DNA from: Akkermansia sp. | GTDB taxonomy: Bacteria > Verrucomicrobiota > Verrucomicrobiia > Verrucomicrobiales > Akkermansiaceae | Direction: 5' to 3' | NCBI GenBank assembly: GCA_045631705.1 | Contig: JAZQVE010000056.1 | Span: 718 to 64,717 of the forward strand | Length of the DNA stretch: 64,000 bases | Shown: positions 57,701 through 64,000 of the stretch, piece by piece | Layout: every line of letters begins with the position of its first letter | Numbering within the stretch: the stretch's first letter is position 1 | Position numbers and translations under genes: made by a program | Notes under the pieces: model-generated | What the model was told of the DNA's origin: nothing | The model's database searches: none | What the model saw: only the letters and a program-made list of their open reading frames with translations

Positions 57701-59867
57701 TTCGCCGGATATCGAGCAGGCATACAGGCAGCTGCTCAATGGCCGCCGGATTTTCGGAGTGGGGAGCCTGCAGTTGCAACCCGCTGAGCCGCTTTCGGCA
57801 TTCGAGCACAAGGGGAGCGAGGCGGTGGAGGCACTGCGTTCCCTGTGGCTGGGGGATTCCACGTTCTATTCCATGGGCCTGGAGTACGAGGCCAATAGGG
57901 CGAAATGGAATCGGGCACCGGGCCGTCTCCGCATGCCCCTGGTCAAGGATGCCGGAGCGGGCAGGGACATGTTCCTGGCGTATCCGCGCCGCGAGGAAAC
58001 GCCGCAGTCCCTGGCCGAACGCCGCTTCTTCGTGTACTGGAACCGTCTGCTCTCCTCCGGCTGGGTAAGCCCTGAGGCCGTGGGCGAGGCCCTGGTGCAG
58101 GCCGGTGAGCTGGACAGGAAGCGGCTGGAGTTCATCCTGAAGAAGGGACGGGATAAACCGCTCTACCTCTGGAACAACCGCGACAGAGCGGAACGCCGCA
58201 ACCTGCTCCGGAAGTACCCGGACCGCATCGTGCCGGGTGATACCGCTGCCATGAATGCCGACCTGGCGCGGCGCATGGCGGATTACAATGTGCTGTACAT
58301 GCTGGCCGACATGCCGGATGCGAAGCTGCCGGAATCGGTGCGCGAGTGGTTCTATACCTCTGCATTGGGGGATGCTGCGGATGCCGGCAGACTGGCCCGC
58401 GTGATGGATATCCGCGACAGGATGAAGTCGGGGCAGGGGGTGCTGCTGGCGGATAGGCTGCGCCATGCCTACCAGCCGGATGCCTCCCACCGCTATGAGC
58501 AGGGCTGGTGCTATGCCGTGGGCGGAGCCTCTGCCTTCCGCTCATCAGGACAGTCGTTCTGGAACCTGCTGGAGGACCCGGCCCGGGGCTGGAAACTGCT
58601 GACTCCGGAGGAGCGCGACGCTCTGGCAGAGGAACTGCGCGATTACTGCGGCGGCCAGCCGCCGGAGCAGCGCCTGCAGGAGCTCAGTGAGGTGCTGCGC
58701 GAGTATCCCGGTCTGCGTGCCTATGCATCAGACATGCGGAATGGCGGGCGACTTCAGCGCATGGAACTGAGCCCCCTGGAGGATTCTTCCAGACCCCGTC
58801 ATCTGGCAGAGAAGTACGCCAGGCCCGTTGTGCAGCGCGGATTCACCCTGGAGGACGTGGAGACGCTGCCTGCGGAGTGGAGCGCAGATGCCCGCGTGCT
58901 TCCGGCTCTGCAGCTGCTCACCGAGCTGCGCCGGCAGGTGACGGCCTCGCCCTATGCGGATGACCGTGGCATCTGGTGGCAGCAGGAGCGCTATGGCGGA
59001 CCGGATGGCCGGAAACCCAATGGCCTGGATGAGCGCTGGCGGCCTGCGCCTGCGCTGCGGCCACTGGTGAGGTTCTACCGCCGGGTGGAGGAGCTGGGTC
59101 GCACCTACGGGGCCCACGGTCAGCTGAATGTCTGCGGAGTGGCGCTGGGCGGTATTGCCGCCGGTGAGCTGGACCTGACCCCGCTGAAAAATGTGACGGT
59201 CTATACCACACCGCGCCAGCCGGAGCACATGGTGCGCCTGATGCCCGGTGAACCCAATGCCTCAAATCCCTGCCAGCGCAAGCCATACGTAGTACATACG
59301 GCAGATGGCGTGCCGCTTCTGCCGAAGCGTCTGGCGCGCCTTGAAGCGGAGCGGATGGATGCCCTGATGCCGCTGAATACATTCCGGAGCGATATGGAGC
59401 GCATGTACGACTACCATACAAACCAGCGCTGGCGCCGGGAGCAGATAGCGGCGCACCTGGAGGACCTGCTGATGCGCCGTGCTGTCACCCCGGAGACCTG
59501 GGCTCTGACCGATTCCGGCGATATCAACAACCTGGAGCTCTTCATGCAGGTGTTCCAGGATGGCCGCTTCTCCGAGTACATGGAGAAGAAGGACCCCACG
59601 CAGCTGAACCGTGGTGAGGCGCTGGCGGCAGAGCTGGCGCGCCTGCTGCTCCTGGCGGAGTACGGCACGAATCGCGAGCCCTCTGTGGAAAAACTGGTGC
59701 AGTTCTGCCACAAGCTCCGTGAATCCCGCGAGGATAAGGAACTGCTGCAGACGGCGCTGCACCGCATTGTCTCGCCGGAGCCGAACCGATACTGGAAGGT
59801 GGAATTACCCCGCCCTGAGGAAGACCGTGAACTTGACCTGAGCCCCGAAGATGCTGAATACTATTGA
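54786..59867 (+). CDS. Giant (~1700 aa) hypothetical protein, possibly derived from a phage ejection protein
   Basis: Long intact ORF with a Gly/Ala-rich membrane-like segment (SAGAVPGAALSFMGGAGFGLLALSGAGE). Overlaps the terL start. Confidence 0.7.
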   Translation: MNNKIPVMETQPNIIGKEPLPLESLPPLPVRNTAREVEKGQYWNTLLSGSLEQVPLELRRKVGADNEQEPAEVRDYRLASCINRSWVVDHRNMPREQVRANWPELRRHLAAEHGVQDDEQELYAALSLQQKDSPAREQVRRVYAETYTASLRGEDTTPPESEAERFIHDAARESAARVRREYLPLAEALSQGWAYLKAEESSAFPLPDMLAGAPGLIRAVDALADMAPAERAKVYGIARSLEASRQLEEPSPSLGKAMLHSVRRGSADIRHALVQGVGHAAAALTHAAGETLESDTLRQGAAALDKRLQALHELRRVAQGEVFPIELGEDSALWEELAVASAGAVPGAALSFMGGAGFGLLALSGAGEAVAEARRRNPEGRQELQTAAGIVGGALQAGIYMGMSRIGAQMLSRCISNFSRAAQSGIKGYSMAALRSLGVLTAENAKLLLAGKSAQAAELGMQELAARVDRVASHIDWEAFGHNILDIETNMREAAMNLPYILIAAGRAALHHFRSPDAILENRRLLENWGVDEPTRQRIIEAPDMNTRTTMLREALSGNRRWGGAGSLRQCLRALSLLNNELGAPFRDERAVRGFLRLPAGAEPGRGQELVPRDMSKPKIVKQVADQLNEGHRASLLSRKGSLEYLQYLDEIYQRGQGELLRNPEKKLERISHYLSTHVRPESVVPEALRLGAHYNPYLAREVNSLIDGYLNEFINLSYQYLSNTESLGGLMNSYRTLDQARKSLELKRRVFVSRLCEAVANAMHPDARESSLRTFGSWLSGRYDTRRRSSSHAPLWLRRVERSELLEMYDRAPVQAAVFNKKKPGELRDACRIMLGARACAEALLELLPHSGEFQGALSRGCSPEQAGAQVLRQKLLEHLDPDTWMPEPLPAADAQTLQSASAQNQALCRRYQQLSGYDMESSPDGSGRTLWRYRHPDGEYSPWFPSYGAAVNSLVGNAQIGFLQIGRGILSPDIEQAYRQLLNGRRIFGVGSLQLQPAEPLSAFEHKGSEAVEALRSLWLGDSTFYSMGLEYEANRAKWNRAPGRLRMPLVKDAGAGRDMFLAYPRREETPQSLAERRFFVYWNRLLSSGWVSPEAVGEALVQAGELDRKRLEFILKKGRDKPLYLWNNRDRAERRNLLRKYPDRIVPGDTAAMNADLARRMADYNVLYMLADMPDAKLPESVREWFYTSALGDAADAGRLARVMDIRDRMKSGQGVLLADRLRHAYQPDASHRYEQGWCYAVGGASAFRSSGQSFWNLLEDPARGWKLLTPEERDALAEELRDYCGGQPPEQRLQELSEVLREYPGLRAYASDMRNGGRLQRMELSPLEDSSRPRHLAEKYARPVVQRGFTLEDVETLPAEWSADARVLPALQLLTELRRQVTASPYADDRGIWWQQERYGGPDGRKPNGLDERWRPAPALRPLVRFYRRVEELGRTYGAHGQLNVCGVALGGIAAGELDLTPLKNVTVYTTPRQPEHMVRLMPGEPNASNPCQRKPYVVHTADGVPLLPKRLARLEAERMDALMPLNTFRSDMERMYDYHTNQRWRREQIAAHLEDLLMRRAVTPETWALTDSGDINNLELFMQVFQDGRFSEYMEKKDPTQLNRGEALAAELARLLLLAEYGTNREPSVEKLVQFCHKLRESREDKELLQTALHRIVSPEPNRYWKVELPRPEEDRELDLSPEDAEYY

Positions 59868-61455
59868 CCCTGCCTGCCGCAGCCGCCTGGCCGACCCGCT
59901 CTGGCGTCTGAATAATCTCTACTGGATAGAGAACAAGAAAGGCCGCATGCAGCGCTTCTCGCCGAATGCCGCGCAGCTGCGTCTGCACCGCAATCTGTGG
60001 AATCGGAACGTGGTGCTCAAGGCGCGCCAGCTGGGCATTTCCACCTATGTGGCCATGCTCATGCTGGACAACTGCCTGTTCACGCCGAACTTTCATGCGG
60101 GCATCATCGATAAGACCCTGCCGGATGCCGAACAGAAGCTGGAGAAAATCCGCTTTGCCTGGGAGCATCTGGATTATCTGCCGCCGCATGCGGATGAGCG
60201 CGACCAGTCACTGGCTTGCCTGGGCTTCCTCATCAAGCAGCAGACCGGCGCGCTCAAAAAAGGTACCCTGCATCCGGCGGCAGATGCCCGTGGTCGCCTC
60301 GCCTTCACCAATGGAAGCGATGTGCGCCTGGGCACCACCCTGCGCGGTGGTACCCTGCAGCTGCTGCATGTCAGCGAGCTGGCGCATGTATCGGTGCATG
60401 CGCCCTGGCGTGCCCGGGAAATCCGCACCGGCGCCATCAATACCGTGCCGGTGGAAGGCACCATCATCCTGGAAAGTACGCACGAGGGCGGCCGCTACGG
60501 CGTGAACTATGAGCTTACTTCCCAGGCCATGGAGAATTGCGCCAAGGCAGAGCTCTCCCCGCTGGATTTCCGCTTCTTCTTCATGAGCTGGTTCGATAAT
60601 CCGGATTACGTGCTGCCCGGCCACTCCGGGTGGTCGGATGCCCAGGCTGCCTACTTCGAGAAGCTGGAGCAGGAATGCGGGGTGCACCTCAGCCATGCCC
60701 AGAAACTCTGGTATACCCGCATGGAGCGCACCATGGGCGCCGCCATGCGCCAGGAGTATCCCTCCACCCCGGATGAAGCCTTTGCCACCGGTAATGACGG
60801 CGCCATCTACGGCGCCCAGATTGCCCGCCTGCGCGAGGGCGGCCGCATCGGTGCAAGCTTCGAATATCATCCCCAGGAGCCGCTCTATACCGCGTGGGAT
60901 CTGGGCCTGAGCGACCACACCGCCATCTGGCTGGTGCAGAATTACGGGGGCAATGTCTACTGGCTGAACCACTATGCGGCCAACCAGCTGCCTCTGGAGC
61001 ATTTTGCCGGGAAAATCCGGGAGTGGGAAATGTGCTATGGCCCCATCGCCGCCCACTTCCTGCCGCACGATGCCGCCCACCGCGACCCGCACGGCCATTC
61101 CTACGTGGAAAGCCTGGCGAAGGAGGGTATCAGCGCGGTGCGTGTGGTGCCGCGCACCCCGGATATCTGGCGCGGTATCAACTCCCTGCGCGGTATCCTG
61201 ACCCACAGCTGGTTCCACCGCGATACCCTGCAGCAGCGCGTGAATCCCCGCGGCGAGAAGGAGCCCTCCGGTCTGCGCTGCCTGGAAATGTACCGCACCG
61301 CCCCCGCCGGGGCAGGCGGCTCGTATCGTGAGTCCCCGGTGCACGATGCCAGCTCGCACTCGGCAGATGCCGCCCGCATGTTTGCGGAGGCCTTGTCGCA
61401 CGGCATGGTGTACCCTGTGCAGCTGCGCCTGGCCGCCCGCCGGGCGCGTATGTGA
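59851..61455 (+). CDS. terL: Phage terminase large subunit
   Basis: Adenine-binding WRLNNLYWI...N..Q, Walker A VLKARQLGIST, Walker B LLHVSE, coupling motif ILEST, QEYP, and nuclease WDLGLSD...SHSADA. Confidence 0.92.
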   Translation: MLNTIDPACRSRLADPLWRLNNLYWIENKKGRMQRFSPNAAQLRLHRNLWNRNVVLKARQLGISTYVAMLMLDNCLFTPNFHAGIIDKTLPDAEQKLEKIRFAWEHLDYLPPHADERDQSLACLGFLIKQQTGALKKGTLHPAADARGRLAFTNGSDVRLGTTLRGGTLQLLHVSELAHVSVHAPWRAREIRTGAINTVPVEGTIILESTHEGGRYGVNYELTSQAMENCAKAELSPLDFRFFFMSWFDNPDYVLPGHSGWSDAQAAYFEKLEQECGVHLSHAQKLWYTRMERTMGAAMRQEYPSTPDEAFATGNDGAIYGAQIARLREGGRIGASFEYHPQEPLYTAWDLGLSDHTAIWLVQNYGGNVYWLNHYAANQLPLEHFAGKIREWEMCYGPIAAHFLPHDAAHRDPHGHSYVESLAKEGISAVRVVPRTPDIWRGINSLRGILTHSWFHRDTLQQRVNPRGEKEPSGLRCLEMYRTAPAGAGGSYRESPVHDASSHSADAARMFAEALSHGMVYPVQLRLAARRARM

Positions 61456-61465
61456 GAATTTCCCT

Positions 61466-61594
61466 ATGAACACGAATAAGGAACAACACAGCTGGCTGAC
61501 CGGTCTCCTGACCGGTTGGGGTGTGAAGGAGAGCTGGGCTAAGCTCATCGCCGGTGCCGTTGTCGGCGCTCTGGCCGCTGCCGGCCTCCTCTGA
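61466..61594 (+). CDS. 42-aa membrane peptide (possible holin or lysis-cassette remnant)
   Basis: MNTNKEQHSWLTGLLTGWGVKESWAKLIAGAVVGALAAAGLL, directly after terL. Confidence 0.55.
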   Translation: MNTNKEQHSWLTGLLTGWGVKESWAKLIAGAVVGALAAAGLL

Positions 61595-61611
61595 TGCGAA
61601 AAAACAAAATC

Positions 61612-61641
61612 CCCCCGGTACCGGTCTCCCCGGTGCCGGGG
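61612..61641 (+). terminator. Hairpin closing the terL operon
   Basis: CCCCGGTACCGG-TCTCC-CCGGTGCCGGGG. Confidence 0.5.
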
Positions 61642-61653
61642 AAGGGGGGGCTG

Positions 61654-61684
61654 TTGGATTTTTGATTTTTGATTTTTGATTTTG
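61654..61684 (+). repeat. Heptamer tandem array (TTTGATT, 4 units)
   Basis: ttggatt tttgatt tttgatt tttgatt. Confidence 0.75.
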
Positions 61685-61774
61685 GGTGTGTTTAGTTCGT
61701 GTGCGGCTTTCGCCGCACCTGTAGACAAAATCACCTGAGAAATCTCAGGTGATTTTCTGGTAACCGAGCTGATG

Positions 61775-61809
61775 GAAAAACCGCTGCCTGGATTCCAGGC
61801 AGCGGTTTT
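61775..61809 (-). terminator. Terminator of the left PEP-CTERM gene
   Basis: AAAACCGCTGCCTGG-ATT-CCAGGCAGCGGTTTT. Confidence 0.85.
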
Positions 61810-61870
61810 AATGTTAGGTAAACCTTGTGGCAAGCTTTACTTGCGGCGGCCTTGGCACGCCAAAGTCGCG

Positions 61871-62605
61871 TCAGCGACGGCGGCGGCGGGCAGCCAGACC
61901 GGCCAGAGCCAGCAGGCTCAGCGTAGCCGTGGCGGGCTCGGGAACCACAGGGGATTCTGCAACCGTCACAAGGCCGTAGGAGATGCTGTGAACGGTTTCG
62001 TTGATGCGATAGCTGCTGCCAGTGTCGCCACCGAGAGCGATTTCGGTGATGTTGCCGCTTACGTTATCGGCAAGGGTACCGAAAGCTACGTTACGGCCAT
62101 CAACAGCAAGAGTGATGGCTGTACCAATCTTGGTGAGGGTAACGGTATATGTTTCGCCGCCTGTTACGGCGAACGTTGTGTCAAGCTGGTCGTCATGCTT
62201 CGTAAGGTTACCATCGATGGAAACATAATTGCCGGCATTGGTGTAGGGCCCAAAGCGCAGGGCTGTGCCATTGCCCGCAACCTGAGCAAATACCGGCCAG
62301 CCGTTGCTGGCACTGATGGGATTACCAAGGGTAAGAGTGATGCTGAACTGGAAATCATCTGTCCAGCTGCCGTATACGCCGCCGGCCATATGGATACGCT
62401 GGCTGCCGCTGGACAGGGCACCGCCTTCAACGGCGCACTTGCCTGCATCCCAGAAAGTACCGGCTGAGGTCAGAGAGCCGTTCAGCTGATAGCCGTTACT
62501 TCCATATTCGGTACCGAAATCGGCGGACCATACGTTGGTCACCGTGTAATCTGCAGCGCTGGCCATACCGGCCAGGGCAAGAAGAGTAATGAATGTCTTC
62601 TTCAT
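61871..62605 (-). CDS. PEP-CTERM sorting-domain surface protein A
   Basis: Signal MKKTFITLLALAGMASA, Thr/Gly-rich body, and C-terminal VPEPATATLSLLALAGLAARRRRR. Confidence 0.95.
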   Translation of the reverse strand: MKKTFITLLALAGMASAADYTVTNVWSADFGTEYGSNGYQLNGSLTSAGTFWDAGKCAVEGGALSSGSQRIHMAGGVYGSWTDDFQFSITLTLGNPISASNGWPVFAQVAGNGTALRFGPYTNAGNYVSIDGNLTKHDDQLDTTFAVTGGETYTVTLTKIGTAITLAVDGRNVAFGTLADNVSGNITEIALGGDTGSSYRINETVHSISYGLVTVAESPVVPEPATATLSLLALAGLAARRRRR

Positions 62606-62714
62606 TGTTGAGTAAGTATTGTTTGAGTTGAAATGTGTGCAGGCCTCCCGCATCTCACGCGCGACGAAATGTAGAAGGGCTACGCGCAGTAGTGTACAGC
62701 ATTAAAAAGGATGA
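62556..62714 (-). repeat. Left arm of a 159-bp inverted repeat (promoter spacer, -10, 5'UTR and signal peptide)
   Basis: Reverse complement matches 63042-63200 at 155/159 positions by manual alignment. Confidence 0.95.
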
Positions 62715-62719
62715 CGCAA
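62691..62719 (-). promoter_or_regulatory. Sigma70 promoter currently facing PEP-CTERM gene A
   Basis: TTGCGT-17bp-TACACT with an AT-rich UP-like tract upstream. Confidence 0.7.
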
Positions 62720-63041
62720 GTAAAATTCCGTGAAAATAATCTTTTTTTTACAGTTCGTCCCGCGCCTTCGACATGATTAAACCATAGCAACATAGAGGAA
62801 TTTGATAGAGCTCCCCCCAAAATCCTCGCAGAATGGGGATTTGTCGAACGCAGAATGCAGAATTCGGCGATCTGCGTTCCCACAAATTTCCATTTGCTCA
62901 TTATTTCCGCCATAGGACAGGGCATTCCTTTCTATGCAGGGAGCCTTGTATTTTTCACAGAGTCGACCCTAAAAGCATTCAATCGCTGCAACATTCTGAG
63001 AACGATATAATTGCGTATACTTATCCAATCAATGAAGGAGC

Positions 63042-63200
63042 TCATCCTTTTTAATGCTGTACACTACTGCGCGTAGCCCTTCTACATTTCGACGCGCGTG
63101 AGATGCGGGAGGTCTGCACACATTTCAACTCAAACAATACTTACTCAACAATGAAGAAGACATTCATTACTCTTCTGGCTCTGGCCGGTATGGCCAGCGC
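63042..63200 (+). repeat. Right arm of the 159-bp inverted repeat
   Basis: Matches the left arm. The -35 position here reads GGAGCT. Confidence 0.95.
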
Positions 63201-63891
63201 AGATACTATTGATCTGCTTACCGACGGGACCTGGACCACAGGGTCTCGCTACGGTCGCCCGACCTGGGTTCAGAACGAAGGCGCTCTGACACTGACTAAC
63301 AGTAACTGGTCTCAGGCATATGCTGTCTATGATTTTGCGGATAACGTGACCGGGAGCTGGTCATTTTCCGCGACCGTTGACCGCTTCGATGGTAGCGCTG
63401 GTTTCACCCTTACTCTTATCGGCAACAATCAGGCCATCACCATTGGTACGACGGTATACGAAAGCGGTACCGGCTTCTACGGCACGACGACTAATACTGC
63501 AGCCAATGGCTATTCCTTCCAGGATGCCCTGGGTGATATCAACGGCACCAAGGTGGATTCGCCTATTCAACTCGTCGAGGGGCCCTTCAATGTCAATCAG
63601 AACGCGGTAATCACTGGCTATACCACGCTTGACGATGATTCCAATGTTATCCTTACGCTCTCCCTTGGAGGTTCTGCTGTAGCAACCGCCGGTGTAGCCA
63701 CCATTAATCTGGGTAAGGATTTCGAACTCGATAAGATTTCTGTCTGGGGTGATGGCGGTAATAATAGGAAAAACTGGGCTGTAACCAGCTTGACCGTTAC
63801 AACAAAGAGCGATGTGGTTCCCGAGCCCGCCACGGCTACGCTGAGCCTGCTGGCCCTTGCCGGTCTGGCTGCCCGTCGTCGCCGTCGCTAA
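63151..63891 (+). CDS. PEP-CTERM sorting-domain surface protein B
   Basis: Same signal peptide and PEP-CTERM tail as gene A, with a dissimilar central region. Confidence 0.95.
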   Translation: MKKTFITLLALAGMASADTIDLLTDGTWTTGSRYGRPTWVQNEGALTLTNSNWSQAYAVYDFADNVTGSWSFSATVDRFDGSAGFTLTLIGNNQAITIGTTVYESGTGFYGTTTNTAANGYSFQDALGDINGTKVDSPIQLVEGPFNVNQNAVITGYTTLDDDSNVILTLSLGGSAVATAGVATINLGKDFELDKISVWGDGGNNRKNWAVTSLTVTTKSDVVPEPATATLSLLALAGLAARRRRR

Positions 63892-63944
63892 ATCGACTCT
63901 GGCGTGGCAAGCGCCGCAAGTAAAACTTGCAGTTTGAAATTTAC

Positions 63945-63979
63945 AAAACCGCTGCCTGGATTTCAGGCAGCGGTTTTTC
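63945..63979 (+). terminator. Terminator of the right PEP-CTERM gene
   Basis: AAAACCGCTGCCTG-GATTT-CAGGCAGCGGTTTTT. Confidence 0.85.
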
Positions 63980-64000
63980 TGTCGGCCTGTGCTGTAGGAT

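Noticed and set aside
53537-61641. Complete prophage
   Set aside because: No recognisable integrase, repressor, replication, portal, capsid or tail genes. Flanked directly by gpmA and PEP-CTERM genes.
62606-63150. N-terminal extensions MRE(A/V)CTHFNSNNTYST on both PEP-CTERM ORFs and small ORFs in the spacer
   Set aside because: The signal peptide starts at MKKTF. The extension is shared only because it lies in the repeated 5' UTR, and the spacer ORFs have no coding features.

Overview
This looks like chromosomal DNA from an Akkermansiaceae (Verrucomicrobiota) gut bacterium, inferred from Akkermansia-style PEP-CTERM tails, long-form IspG and sialic-acid genes. The backbone is mostly housekeeping: a giant autotransporter, RlmI-type methyltransferase, two Kef/YbaL antiporters, mpl, gyrB-gyrA, a PiT transporter, coaB, rsgA, tyrA, ispG, two pfk paralogs, nanA plus an AGE epimerase, and gpmA. 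Three regions stand out. (1) At 33.8-43.6 kb an AT-richer, divergently transcribed island is built from paired paralogs: two double-PIN proteins, two near-identical Gly-rich membrane proteins, two HTH proteins and two Hanks kinases. Kinase 1 is fused to a third copy of the membrane-protein domain, making this a candidate kinase/PIN defence or signalling system. (2) At 53.5-61.6 kb an orphan phage-derived operon (two ejection-protein-like ORFs, an intact terminase large subunit and a small membrane peptide) sits under a host-type promoter with no other phage genes in the window. (3) At 61.8-64 kb two divergent PEP-CTERM genes share 159-bp inverted repeats that end exactly at the -35 box, so inverting the 327-bp spacer would move the consensus -35 from one gene to the other. 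Smaller signals include a probably dead PFK and a probably dead DD-carboxypeptidase in one operon, an alternating purine-pyrimidine tract in the gyrB promoter, an in-frame TGA at an Fe-S cysteine, many leaderless promoters, heptamer arrays and a regular hairpin array. All calls come from reading motifs by eye; no database searches were run.
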